Positions 43,042 through 56,897 of a DNA stretch of 64,000 nt are shown here, one piece after another. The stretch is taken from the NCBI GenBank assembly GCA_021791545.1, contig JAJYWL010000007.1:3972-67971 (forward strand). Reading direction: 5' to 3'. Under the pieces are notes generated by a model. That model was not told where the DNA came from. It did no database searches and worked only from the letters and a program-made list of their open reading frames with translations. How positions within the stretch are numbered: the stretch's first letter is position 1; each line of letters opens with the position of its first letter. The position numbers were made by a program, and so were the translations under genes. The stretch is from a bacterium (GTDB lineage: Bacteria; Patescibacteriota; Microgenomatia; Levybacterales; UBA12049).

Positions 43042-44112
43042 TTAATCTTTTCTTCTAAGATTTTGGGGGTAGCTTATTGAGGAGATAACTTTTTCTATGT
43101 CGCTTCTGTCTAATTGAACCAATTGATTTGGGGTATGAAAATCTTCTGTTTCTTTATGTTCTATTACTTCTCTGGGGGAGAGAAAATAAAGACTGGTGGT
43201 TTCCGGTCCGTTTTTGTCATTGATGTTTGTCAGAATAAGATCTGTATCTAGCCTTAACTGCTCAAGTCCCGGTATTTCGTCATTAACTCCCATTTGTTCT
43301 ATAGTTTTAGGAGTGGTTATTGTCCATTCCTGACCGTCTTCCGTATTAAATGATGCTACTCTTGCTTTCCCAAGCATTTCACGAAGCTTAATCCAGAGCC
43401 TTCTTCCCGGCTCTTTTGCTTCTTCTTGCGCTTCCTTACTTAGCGTAAGTCTTTCAAGTGCCTTTTCCTCAGGTTCTTCGGGTGGAATAGATCGAAATTT
43501 AGTATCTAAAGCCTGATTATTTGAAAGATCTTCAGAAATAGCTTTTATTCCAGTCTTTCCTAGCTCGACTTTTCTAAATGAAAGTTCGCTTTCTCTGATC
43601 GGTACGGTATGTATTCCTTTATCTGTCTGTATGAATGTAGGCCATTCAAGGTCGATAAGAAGAACACCCATCTTAGTTAAGAAGTAGTATTGTCTTATTT
43701 CGTATTCCGTAATTTTGCCGTATGGATTTATCTCTTCACCCTTACTTATTCTGACTAAAGCAGCTTCCGCATTTACAGGAGAAAGTCCAAGTTCTTGTGT
43801 TTCTTCTTTTCCGTATATTCTTATGACATCTCCGCGTTTATCGATTGCTTCCATGTGGGTTGAGTTTCCCAAAAGTCCTTCAACTTGGGTTTTGAGGCCT
43901 GATGCTGCCTCTACGGCTTCATTTCTGGCGTCTTTTTGTAAGAGAGTTATATCTGCCAGATCATTTGAGATATTTCTTCTCATTGCAAAAATGAGATATG
44001 TGTCGTTTATCATTCCAAGAGACTCTTGTGTTTCTTGATTTGTGTTTTTAGAGACGATTTTTTGTGCTTCAAGTACCGTAGGGGACTGATTTGCATCTAC
44101 AAACTCGGGCAT
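43042..44112 (-). CDS. Hypothetical protein (356 aa).
   Basis: ORF only. Confidence 0.4.
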   Translation of the reverse strand: MPEFVDANQSPTVLEAQKIVSKNTNQETQESLGMINDTYLIFAMRRNISNDLADITLLQKDARNEAVEAASGLKTQVEGLLGNSTHMEAIDKRGDVIRIYGKEETQELGLSPVNAEAALVRISKGEEINPYGKITEYEIRQYYFLTKMGVLLIDLEWPTFIQTDKGIHTVPIRESELSFRKVELGKTGIKAISEDLSNNQALDTKFRSIPPEEPEEKALERLTLSKEAQEEAKEPGRRLWIKLREMLGKARVASFNTEDGQEWTITTPKTIEQMGVNDEIPGLEQLRLDTDLILTNINDKNGPETTSLYFLSPREVIEHKETEDFHTPNQLVQLDRSDIEKVISSISYPQNLRRKD

Positions 44113-44156
44113 AAAAATATTTTAAATGGTTGAGTAAACGGATGCAAGAAGAAAAG

Positions 44157-44228
44157 TCGGGGTGCCGGGAATTGGACCCGGTACCTCTCGGTCCCGAACC
44201 GAGCGTTCTACCGATGAACTACACCCCG
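44157..44228 (-). tRNA. tRNA-Pro (anticodon CGG).
   Basis: Reverse complement folds as acceptor CGGGGUG/CACCCCG, D-arm GUUC-AUCGGUA-GAAC, anticodon stem CUCGG/CCGAG with loop UUCGGGA, T-arm CCGGG-UCCAAUU-CCCGG, discriminator A. The T-loop has C55, which is unusual. Confidence 0.7.
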
Positions 44229-44276
44229 TGGGATAATTTTATTGATTTTGATTTGAATATACAAACTTGTTCTTGA

Positions 44277-44305
44277 TTGACAAGAAGGTCTCATTTGGTC
44301 ATAAT
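44277..44305 (+). promoter_or_regulatory. Near-consensus sigma-70 promoter TTGACA-N17-CATAAT, leaderless to the ATG at 44312.
   Basis: Read from the sequence. Same arrangement as the promoter of the paralog at 4457. Confidence 0.5.
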
Positions 44306-44311
44306 TAAATT

Positions 44312-44932
44312 ATGGCTAGACGCTTGAGTGAAAAAGAACTTAATAAATTGAAATTTATGAGAAAGAAAGGGAAAAGTATACTAGAAATTTCTAAAATTTT
44401 GAATATTCCTAAAACTACAGTTTTTTATCATGCAAAACAAGTGAAAATGTCTTCAGAAGTTTTGAAAGCATGGAGAACTAAGAGGGGAGGGAGTAAGAAT
44501 TTAAAATTTGAAAAAGAGAAAAAAGCTTTTGTTGAGGCTAAAAAAGAAATCGGAAAGTTATCTAAAAAGGAAAAGTTGCTATTTCTTTCAGCACTTTATT
44601 GGGCAGAGGGTAATAAGAAGGATTTCATGCTTTCCAATACAGACCCTAAACTAATAAAAGTGTTTGTTGAGGGTTTAAGAAACATTTTTGAAATAGACGA
44701 TGAAAGGTTAAAAATAAGCATAAGAATATATGAAGACATGGATAAAGAAAAGTGCCTTACTTTTTGGTCTAGTTTGATTGGTGTTCCAAAACAAAAATTT
44801 CAAAATGTTTATATTCTTAAAGGAAAGAAGCAGGGAAAACTGAAGTTTGGGATGTGTAGAGTAAGGGTAACTAAAGGCGGGGACCTGTTAAAGAAGGTAT
44901 TTGCAATAAATAATATTGTTGCTAATTTTTAA
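44312..44932 (+). CDS. HTH-containing LAGLIDADG-like homing-endonuclease family protein. Paralog of 4457..5161.
   Basis: N-terminal HTH ILEISKILNIPKTTVFYHAKQ. LLFLSALYWAEGNKKDFMLSNTDPKLIKVFVEGLRNIF aligns with the 4457 paralog. Lies between tRNA-Pro (-) and tRNA-Arg (+). Confidence 0.45.
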   Translation: MARRLSEKELNKLKFMRKKGKSILEISKILNIPKTTVFYHAKQVKMSSEVLKAWRTKRGGSKNLKFEKEKKAFVEAKKEIGKLSKKEKLLFLSALYWAEGNKKDFMLSNTDPKLIKVFVEGLRNIFEIDDERLKISIRIYEDMDKEKCLTFWSSLIGVPKQKFQNVYILKGKKQGKLKFGMCRVRVTKGGDLLKKVFAINNIVANF

Positions 44933-44956
44933 GTATTTCTATAGAATTTAGCAGAA

Positions 44957-45028
44957 GCCTCCGTAGCTCAATGGATAGAGTAGTCGCGTCCTAAGCGATC
45001 GATGCAGGTTCGATTCCCGCCGGGGGTA
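44957..45028 (+). tRNA. tRNA-Arg (anticodon CCU).
   Basis: Acceptor GCCUCCG/CGGGGGU (with G-U pairs). D-arm GCUC-AAUGGAUA-GAGU. Anticodon stem GUCGC/GCGAU with loop GUCCUAA. T-arm GCAGG-UUCGAUU-CCCGC (one A-C mismatch). Discriminator A. Confidence 0.65.
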
Positions 45029-45057
45029 CTAGATAAAGATTCTTTTACATAATTATT

Positions 45058-45756
45058 ATGAAGAGAAGCGAAATTTTGCGCTTTTTGATCTTAAGATCCA
45101 TAGGTAATTTTCTTGTTCTTTTTGCCATTTTTGGAATTTTAGCAACCTTTGGTCCTGCGATTTATTATGAAATTTCTTTTAAAGTCATACAGACAAGGGG
45201 AGTGCAATTTACGGTTCCTCAAAATGTCCAAGTTTTATCAAAACAAGAAAATAAGGCTCAATCTATTTCTAATTTTTCGGATGTCCTTACAGGCCCGAAA
45301 GAGCAGGTTCTTGTTCCTCCGGATCCATCATTTTCTATAGTAATTCCCAAAATTGGAGCAACTGCAAAAATTTTTCCAAATGTCGATGCTTCAAACCAGG
45401 ATCAATTTCTTCCTCTTTTGATGAAGGGAGTTGCTCATGCAAAAGGAACAGTTTTCCCGGGAATGAAAGGGAATGTCTATCTATTTGCACATTCTACGGA
45501 TAACTTTTGGGATGTAGGAAGGTATAATGCCGTTTTCTATCTAATTAAAGATCTTAAGCCGGGAGATGAAATAGTAATATTCTATGCAAATAAAAGGTTT
45601 AATTATGTGGTGACAGGATCAAAGATAGTTAACCCTTCGGATGTTTCATACATCGTAAATGCCCAGAATAAATCTTCGGAGACTTTAATTTTACAGACTT
45701 GCTGGCCTCCGGGCACCACTCTTCAAAGGCTTCTGGTCTTTGCCAAACCTAAATAA
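45058..45756 (+). CDS. Sortase family transpeptidase.
   Basis: N-terminal TM. Catalytic His (VYLFAHST) and Cys (LILQTCWPP). Confidence 0.75.
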   Translation: MKRSEILRFLILRSIGNFLVLFAIFGILATFGPAIYYEISFKVIQTRGVQFTVPQNVQVLSKQENKAQSISNFSDVLTGPKEQVLVPPDPSFSIVIPKIGATAKIFPNVDASNQDQFLPLLMKGVAHAKGTVFPGMKGNVYLFAHSTDNFWDVGRYNAVFYLIKDLKPGDEIVIFYANKRFNYVVTGSKIVNPSDVSYIVNAQNKSSETLILQTCWPPGTTLQRLLVFAKPK

Positions 45757-46980
45757 CTATTTGAGGCTAATTGTATAGAGGTTGGGAAGGATATTTGGAT
45801 TACCAAGGTTAGTTAATATAACAAGCTTTGTTCCGTCAGGCCATGGAAAGACATAATCATTTACAAAAGGTCCCGCATAAACCGTAGTTTGATTCTGTGC
45901 ATCGTATTCCATCATGTCAATTTTACCGTTATGTACGTATACAAGATGAGTAGAGTCAGGGAAGAACATTATTGGAGATGGTGTTCCTTCGGGAAGTTTA
46001 TCGAGTATCTTGAAGTTCTTGTCTTCTTTTATGTCATAAACGTAGACTGCACCTTTTGAAAGTGTTCTTTCTTCGGGAGTTGAGTCTGTTCCTATTAATG
46101 CAGGAGTAATTATAGGAGGAAGGGTAGCGTTATTTGAAGCTTCATAAAGAATTTTTGTTTCATCTTCAGACCACTGAAGAATGTTAAAGTCATTTGAAAC
46201 TATTGATCTTAATGTTTTAGGAAGTGCTTCGTTTTGTGCTTTTTGTTTATCTGTCTTTTGCTTATTCCAAAGTGCAGTTGTGGCGGATAGGGTTTCTGTT
46301 ACATCAGTTGGGTTAGAGTTCATTCCATTGGCAGCAAGAAGAAACATTGACTGTCCGGAAATGGAAGCTAATATTTGTGATCCGTCAGGTGACCAGCTTA
46401 GAGTTGCTTTGGAGAACGGAAAGCTTGTATCGTCTGCTATCTGATTAGAAGAAGCCTGGAAAGTAAGAATTGGCCTTGAAGACATATCTAAGACATAAAT
46501 ACCGTTTTTAACTGCAGATTGAGAAGCTACGTTAAAGGCAAGTTTGGTTAGAGAAGGATCAATCACAGGGTTAGATATTCCCGTATTTGTAATACTTTCA
46601 AGCTTTGGAGCCGTAGGAAGAAGAAGAGCGTCTGCTTTTGTTACTACTTCTTTTTTTACTACTAATTGTTTTTCCCAAGGAAAGTACCCTTCCTTATATA
46701 TCTTTACGTCGTAGTTTCCCGGTGCAAGATTAATAGTGTTATCCGTAGCAGTTGTCAGATGTCCATTTACAAATACCTGAGCTCCGTCCGGGTTACTTGT
46801 CGTAACCAAAAGGCCGGTTCCCGAAAGAGCCGGAGCTCCATTAGATAATCCGAATCTGTAACCCTTTCCGTAAAGAACGACAAGTACTGTCATTACAAGC
46901 AGAAAGATTATTATTAAAGAAGGGATAATGAGTTTTTTCATACTCAAGCGAATTATACAGGCTACAAATAATACTTGCAA
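45757..46980 (-). CDS. Membrane-anchored PEGA-domain protein with a beta-propeller-like C-terminal region.
   Basis: TM. AQVFVNGHLTTATDNTINLAPGNYDVKIYKEGYFPWEKQLVV (PEGA). Then WD/TolB-like beta segments. Confidence 0.5.
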   Translation of the reverse strand: MQVLFVACIIRLSMKKLIIPSLIIIFLLVMTVLVVLYGKGYRFGLSNGAPALSGTGLLVTTSNPDGAQVFVNGHLTTATDNTINLAPGNYDVKIYKEGYFPWEKQLVVKKEVVTKADALLLPTAPKLESITNTGISNPVIDPSLTKLAFNVASQSAVKNGIYVLDMSSRPILTFQASSNQIADDTSFPFSKATLSWSPDGSQILASISGQSMFLLAANGMNSNPTDVTETLSATTALWNKQKTDKQKAQNEALPKTLRSIVSNDFNILQWSEDETKILYEASNNATLPPIITPALIGTDSTPEERTLSKGAVYVYDIKEDKNFKILDKLPEGTPSPIMFFPDSTHLVYVHNGKIDMMEYDAQNQTTVYAGPFVNDYVFPWPDGTKLVILTNLGNPNILPNLYTISLK

Positions 46981-47078
46981 GAGACCCTTGAGCTATATAT
47001 AATCAATTTGGCGAAGCTAATCAGAGAAATTGATACACTAAGTTGATGTTTTGATATATTAGTTCGCTCCTTTTTTAT

Positions 47079-48095
47079 ATGCTTTCTAAGAGAATAGGGA
47101 TAGACCTTGGAACTGCTAATACCCTTGTATATATGGTAGGACAAGGAATAGTCCTTAATGAACCCACAGTAGTTGCCGTAACAGCAGAAGAAAACCGAGT
47201 TGTTGCCGTGGGAAAAGAGGCAAAAGAAATGCTTGGCAGAACCCCGGGGAATATCGTTGCTTTAAGACCTTTAAGAGATGGTGTAATCGCAGATTACACG
47301 ATAACAGAGGCAATGCTCACGTATTTTATAGATAAAGCAGCCGGTCAAGCACGTTTTTTCAAGCCAGAAGTAATGATATGTATTCCGGCGGGAGTTACCC
47401 AGGTAGAAAGACGTGCGGTTTTGGATGCAACTATGGCAGCAGGGGCAAAGGTAGCATATTTAATAGAAGAACCCTTGGCTGCAGCAATAGGAGCAAAAAT
47501 ACCCATTGCTCAGGCAGCAGGGCACATGATAGTAGATACGGGTGGAGGATCAACGGAATGTGCTGTTATTTCTTTAGGAGGAGTAGTTGTGCATGACAGC
47601 GTAAGAGTAGGAGGAAATAAGATAGACGAGGCCATAACAAACTACTGTAAAAAGAAATTTAACCTTCTTATAGGGGAAAGGACTGCGGAGGAAATCAAAA
47701 TCCAAATAGGAAATGCCGTAATAGACGATAAGAGAGAAGCAGAGAATACAAAAATGGAAATTAAGGGTAGAGATGCGATATCAGGTCTTCCAAGAACAAT
47801 AGAATTAAATGAAACCCATGTAAATGAAGCGATATACCCAGTTTTAGTAGACATAATATCTGCAGTAAAGGGTGTTTTGGAGCAAACTCCTCCGGAACTT
47901 GCATCAGACATCATAGATAAAGGTGTTGTAATGAGCGGTGGAACATCACAACTCAAAAACCTTGATAAGTTGATGACAAAGATAACAGGTGTTCCTTGTC
48001 ATTTGGCAGAAGATCCACTTTTATGTGTAGTAAGGGGAACGGGTGTAGCACTTGAAAACATAGAGCTTTATAAAAGAAGCATTGCTAAGAAATAA
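47079..48095 (+). CDS. mreB: Rod-shape determining actin homolog MreB.
   Basis: RIGIDLGTANTLVYMVGQGIVLNEPTVVAV. DTGGGSTECAVISLGG. Confidence 0.95.
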   Translation: MLSKRIGIDLGTANTLVYMVGQGIVLNEPTVVAVTAEENRVVAVGKEAKEMLGRTPGNIVALRPLRDGVIADYTITEAMLTYFIDKAAGQARFFKPEVMICIPAGVTQVERRAVLDATMAAGAKVAYLIEEPLAAAIGAKIPIAQAAGHMIVDTGGGSTECAVISLGGVVVHDSVRVGGNKIDEAITNYCKKKFNLLIGERTAEEIKIQIGNAVIDDKREAENTKMEIKGRDAISGLPRTIELNETHVNEAIYPVLVDIISAVKGVLEQTPPELASDIIDKGVVMSGGTSQLKNLDKLMTKITGVPCHLAEDPLLCVVRGTGVALENIELYKRSIAKK

Positions 48096-48307
48096 GTCCT
48101 ATAAGAATTTTTGACAATAAATGAGTTGGGAAAAAAAGACAGTTGAGATAGACAATTTTCACGCTTAACCATAATATAGTATTTAGAAAGTAAAAATAGT
48201 CTAAACTTAACATTATTTAAGATCTCAGCTATAAATTAAGAAGTCAAAAACTGAATAATTAAAATGTTCAAAACTAATAAAATTACAGATTCCGGAAATT
48301 ATGAAGA

Positions 48308-49033
48308 TTGCCTTATAGTAAAATGAACGATTTTGACAAAACTTTTTTGCTTGGGGTAGGGTTTAATAACCTAACTGAAACAGAAGTCCTAGAGTATATA
48401 GTAAAAAATCTTCAAAAACAAAGAAAAAAGTACTACATTGTGACCCCTAACCCCGAACTTTTGGTAATTGCCAACAATGATAAAGACTATAAAAAAGTCT
48501 TAAATGGGGCAGAATTAGCTTTGCCGGATGGCATTGGGATAATTTTAGGAAGCCAATTGTTGGGTAAGTCCTTAAAACAGCGTATAACGGGTGTTGATTT
48601 CATGGAAATGCTGTGCAAAGAAGTATCAAAACGGCCTATAACGGTAAGCTTTCTTGGTGCAGGACCAAACGTAGCAGTCAAAACATCAGAGTGCTTACAA
48701 AAAAGGTATCCTGGTTTAAACGTAGGTTGGGTCGCTCAAGAATGGTCGGAAGAGCTTAAAAATAAAGAAACAGACATTTTGTTTGTGGCTTTTGGTTCCC
48801 CAAAGCAGGAAATTTGGATCTCAGAGCACTTAAATGAACTTCCTGTTAAGGTTGCAGTGGGCGTAGGAGGTGCTTTTGACTTTGTAAGCGGTAATGTAAG
48901 AAGGGCACCGGGCCTTATGAGACGTCTTGGGCTTGAATGGTTGTTTCGTCTAGTAATACAACCATGGAGAATAAAGAGACAACTTTCTTTAGTTAAGTTT
49001 TCTTACCTTATCTTAAAAGAAAAGTTTTCTTGA
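48308..49033 (+). CDS. WecG/TagA/CpsF family glycosyltransferase.
   Basis: YYIVTPNPELLVIANND...ALPDGIGIILGSQLLG...FGSPKQEIWISEH. Confidence 0.8.
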   Translation: MPYSKMNDFDKTFLLGVGFNNLTETEVLEYIVKNLQKQRKKYYIVTPNPELLVIANNDKDYKKVLNGAELALPDGIGIILGSQLLGKSLKQRITGVDFMEMLCKEVSKRPITVSFLGAGPNVAVKTSECLQKRYPGLNVGWVAQEWSEELKNKETDILFVAFGSPKQEIWISEHLNELPVKVAVGVGGAFDFVSGNVRRAPGLMRRLGLEWLFRLVIQPWRIKRQLSLVKFSYLILKEKFS

Positions 49034-49660
49034 TATTTCAATTACATAATTACTCTAAGTCATTTAATAGTCTTACTAATCAATTTTAATTTTAGTGTTT
49101 CTTTATCTGGTTAATGTAGAAAATGACTAGTTTAATAAATGATGGGGTGGAAAAATCTAATTTCTGCTTAATGTAATATTAAGATATGTAAAAGTCTTGT
49201 CTGATATATTTTATTACTTATCAAGCTTTATAAATCTTCTTTTTCAGTTTAGAAAATTATTTCACAGGTAGGGAAGCCGGGCGTTCGAAAAATGTTTCAA
49301 TTATCTATTACCGAGGATTTTCCGAAAATACAATTTATAAAGCTAAAAACGTTGGTGAAAATTGATCGGTCAGGTAGAGATTAAAGAATAACGCTCAGCT
49401 ATCTTTATTTTCGTTTTTCCTTTAAAACTCAAGCAATTCTCTCATGTAAAGTTAATAGCACTCTTTATTTTTTCCTGCTATTGGGGTGTGAATTTAAGTT
49501 TAGAAACATTCAAATTCTTTTCAAAAACTATATCATTTAAAATCTTTATAATACTTAAATAGAACATATTTCAGCGATTTTTAAAAAATAGCTTAAATAT
49601 TTGGTTTTTCACGCACTTTTTCATTCGTGAAAAGACTTATTGCAAAACTCATGAATTTTA

Positions 49661-50551
49661 ATGTTTAATAAGTATATGGACTTTAAATTCCTGCAAGATT
49701 CTATATCTGGAAAATGGGTTATTTCAGCTCCGAAGAGATCCAAAAGACCGGATAGATCAAAAGGAGTAGAGCCAAGTTGCCCTTTTTGTGTAGGAAGAGA
49801 AGCAGATGAAAAAGAAGTCTATAGGATAGGCGGGAAAGAGGGAGATCCTAATTGGAAAGTAAGGGTAGTCCCAAATAAATATCCCTTTGCTCCCATACAT
49901 GAGGTAATAATACATTCTCCAGATCATCATAAAAGCTTTGACGAGCTTCCTTTGGACCACACCGAATTGATAATTAAGACATATAGAGAGAGGTTTAAGG
50001 CCCATCAGGATAAGGGTAAAGTATATGTATTTCATAATCATGGTGAAGGTGGAGGAGAGAGCCTTGGTCATCCACATAGTCAGCTTGTGGTTATACCGGA
50101 TAATGTAAAAATGGAAATCCCTGTTTTGCCAGAGGAGGCTAAGGGAGAAGAATTCCAGGAAACCGAATTTTTTAAGATAAGTTGCCCAATAACATCGGAA
50201 TGGCCGGATGAAGTTTGGATACACCCTAAGGAAAGAGGAAGACTTTTTTCTGAGATTACGGATCTGGAAATAAAAGATATGGCCAAAGTGCTTTATAGAA
50301 CTATTCAGATTTTTGATTTAAGGCATGGGCACGAGTTTCCTTTCAATTTCTATATCTATCCAGGAGGAGATTGGTATCTAAGATTAATTCCCAGGCTTAA
50401 GATTCTTGGGGGTTTTGAGCTTGGAACAGGTATATCTGTCAATACACAAGATCCCAAAGAAACAATAGCCTTTATAAAGGAGCATTTCGAGAGTCCTAAT
50501 GAGGAGAAGATAAGGCAAGTCCACAGAGCAGATTATAGAAGAAGTGTTTAG
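49661..50551 (+). CDS. Galactose-1-phosphate uridylyltransferase (GalT)-like HIT-superfamily nucleotidyltransferase.
   Basis: CPFCVGRE zinc knuckle. VVPNKYPF. HxHxQ motif as GHPHSQLVV. Confidence 0.7.
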   Translation: MFNKYMDFKFLQDSISGKWVISAPKRSKRPDRSKGVEPSCPFCVGREADEKEVYRIGGKEGDPNWKVRVVPNKYPFAPIHEVIIHSPDHHKSFDELPLDHTELIIKTYRERFKAHQDKGKVYVFHNHGEGGGESLGHPHSQLVVIPDNVKMEIPVLPEEAKGEEFQETEFFKISCPITSEWPDEVWIHPKERGRLFSEITDLEIKDMAKVLYRTIQIFDLRHGHEFPFNFYIYPGGDWYLRLIPRLKILGGFELGTGISVNTQDPKETIAFIKEHFESPNEEKIRQVHRADYRRSV

Positions 50552-50825
50552 TTTTTCTTCAGACCTTTTTTGAATCCCAATAGCAAAGCAATAATAAGTA
50601 TGCCAATTAAAGCTAAGACCCAAGGTTGGATGCTTCCTTGTGATAAAAACTGAGCTTCTTTTGTCAATCTTTGATTATATTTGCCAAAATGGAGATTTAC
50701 CGATATTTTGAAAGGTTTGTCGGAATGAATGTCTGTATCGAAATTCCTTATCATTCCAGGAAGAATTATGTCTGAATTGCTGTTTAGAACAGCTTCTGCT
50801 TCGGTTAGTTCTTCGGTAACTCTAT

Positions 50826-53341
<2,516 letters not shown>

Positions 53342-53345
<4 letters not shown>

Positions 53346-54814
53346 AAGTTTAGTATCTTTTCTATAATCTTATTTTCCGGTGTTGTTTTTTTAAGTAACT
53401 CATTTAATGTCTCCGAAGTTTCAATCATCTCATCAAGTTCCTTTTGTAATTTCGGGTCCTTAAGATATAGCTCCGTAAGTTTTTTTCTCTTTTCTATGAC
53501 TTCTTCAATTTTAAGATTGGGAAGTAAGGTTCCCCATACCATTACAAATATTATGACCTGTACATTAATTGGAATTATTTCATTTGATGGCTGGTCAAAG
53601 AGTTTTTGGATCTTTGCTCCTGTATCTAGCGTTATTTTTGATGATTCGTTAAGTTCGGAACCGAAATGTACAAAATTCTGTATTCTTTCATACAGGGTCA
53701 AGAATGACGTAATTTCTCTGTTTATGCTTCTTTTTATTGAGGACTGTGTTTGTCTTCCTACCCTTGTTACCGAAAGGAAGGGGTTTATTGCAGGTCTTCT
53801 TCCTTGATAGAAAAGATTACTGTCGAAGAATAGATGGCCGTCAGTCATAGACATAAGGTTTGTCTGTATAAAACCGGAAAGATCTCCCTGTGTTGTCTCT
53901 ACAACGGGAAGACAAGTTATCGCAGTCTCTCCATTGGTAGTAGAGAAGTTGCCTGCTCTTTCCATTAGTTTTGCATGTACATAGAAAATATCTCCGGGGT
54001 AGGAATTTCTTCCTGGAAATCTTTTACCGAGAAGTGAAATTTCCCTGTAAAACTTTGCATGAGTAGACATATCGTCCAAAACGACGAGTACGTCTTTTCC
54101 TTTGTCTTTAAAATACTCTGCGGCTGCCATTGCAGAGTAGGGGGTTACGAAAATTGTTCCTGCAGGATCGGTTGAAGTAGAGGCAATCAGTAAAACTTTA
54201 TCCATTATCTTATTCGCCCTAAAGAATTCTTCCGATTTTTTTATATCTATCTTTCTTTTACCTATGCAGGCATAAATACAAATATTGCCTTGTTTTGCCT
54301 GCGTAAGTATCGTATGAAGGAGAAAATTAGTTTTTCCTGTTTTTCTATCGCCGATTACCAACTCTCTTTGTCCCTTTCCCAGAGGTATCATAAGGTCGAC
54401 GATTGAAGTTCCCGTTTCGAGATATTTTTTAATGGATTCTCTTTCGACTATTCCTTCCGGTTCTCTGTCCACCGGGTAGGGAGTTGTTTTAATTGTTGCT
54501 TTTCCCTCTTCTGTTAAAAGGTTTCCGAACGGGTCTACTACTTTTCCCAACATGCCTTCTCCCGAAGGGAATTCAAGAATTGTTCCTGTTCTCGTTATTT
54601 TTGTACCCACCTTTATTTGTTCGGGTGAGAAAGTGAGTATTTCTATGGAACCCTCATTAAGTGAAAGAACTTGTCCTTTTTCTCCTGTTTCAAAAACAAC
54701 AATCTCGTCCGGTTGAACTCCGGGAAGACCTTCTGCATATACTATGCTGTCTATGACTTGAGTGACAAACCCTATTTCACCTGTTTTATCTAAAAGTTTT
54801 TTAAATGTTTCCAT
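53342..54814 (-). CDS. atpA: ATP synthase F1 alpha subunit.
   Basis: GDRKTGKTNFLLHTI Walker A. ILTQ... Confidence 0.95.
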
Positions 54815-55244
54815 TGCTTAAGTTTTTAAAAGACAGTTCTTCAAGTTTTTTCTTAATGCTTAAATCCGTATAATATCCATTGTAGCTTAGAACGATCCCA
54901 CCTAGTAGACCCTCATCTTCGTTTAAATTGATTATTATATCCTCGCTCAAGTTTTTCTTAAGCCACCTATGGATATTTTTAACGAATACTTCCGACGGTT
55001 TAAAACTCAAGGTTATATTTATTTGTTTTAGAGATTCAAGTTTTTCTTCCATTTGATCAAGTGCTTTTTTCACTTCTTCGTTATCTTTTAAAGAGTCTCC
55101 TAGTTCTTCTTTAATAATCTTTGAATAGGGAAGGGGAATCCCTTTTAAGGTTCTTTCTATTCCCTTCTCGGTGAATATTCCGTCTCTAGCCATCTGAATA
55201 TAGTCCAGTAATTGATCTTTCTCTTCTATAGTTGCTATATCCAT
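54801..55244 (-). CDS. atpH: ATP synthase delta (OSCP) subunit-like.
   Basis: C-terminal EDEGLLGGIVLSYNGYYTDLSIKKKLEEL matches the OSCP C-terminus. Confidence 0.6.
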   Translation of the reverse strand: MDIATIEEKDQLLDYIQMARDGIFTEKGIERTLKGIPLPYSKIIKEELGDSLKDNEEVKKALDQMEEKLESLKQINITLSFKPSEVFVKNIHRWLKKNLSEDIIINLNEDEGLLGGIVLSYNGYYTDLSIKKKLEELSFKNLSNGNI

Positions 55245-56755
<1,511 letters not shown>

Positions 56756-56897
56756 TTAATACAAATTAATTGAGCCTGTCAACGCTGGACACCTATTGAC
56801 ATCTACTTGAGATTAATTTTACTATTAATATAGGTATAAAGTTGGACAAAAAAAAAGACGACTGTCCAAGTTATTTTAACACTAAAAAACGTCCTAA

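Noticed and set aside
50548-50754. 68-aa ORF downstream of atpC with a C-terminal hydrophobic helix.
   Set aside because: It could be a small membrane protein or a remnant. There is no motif support. ORF-track and displayed line-label coordinates also disagree by 10 nt in this neighbourhood (about 50755-51060), so it was not called.
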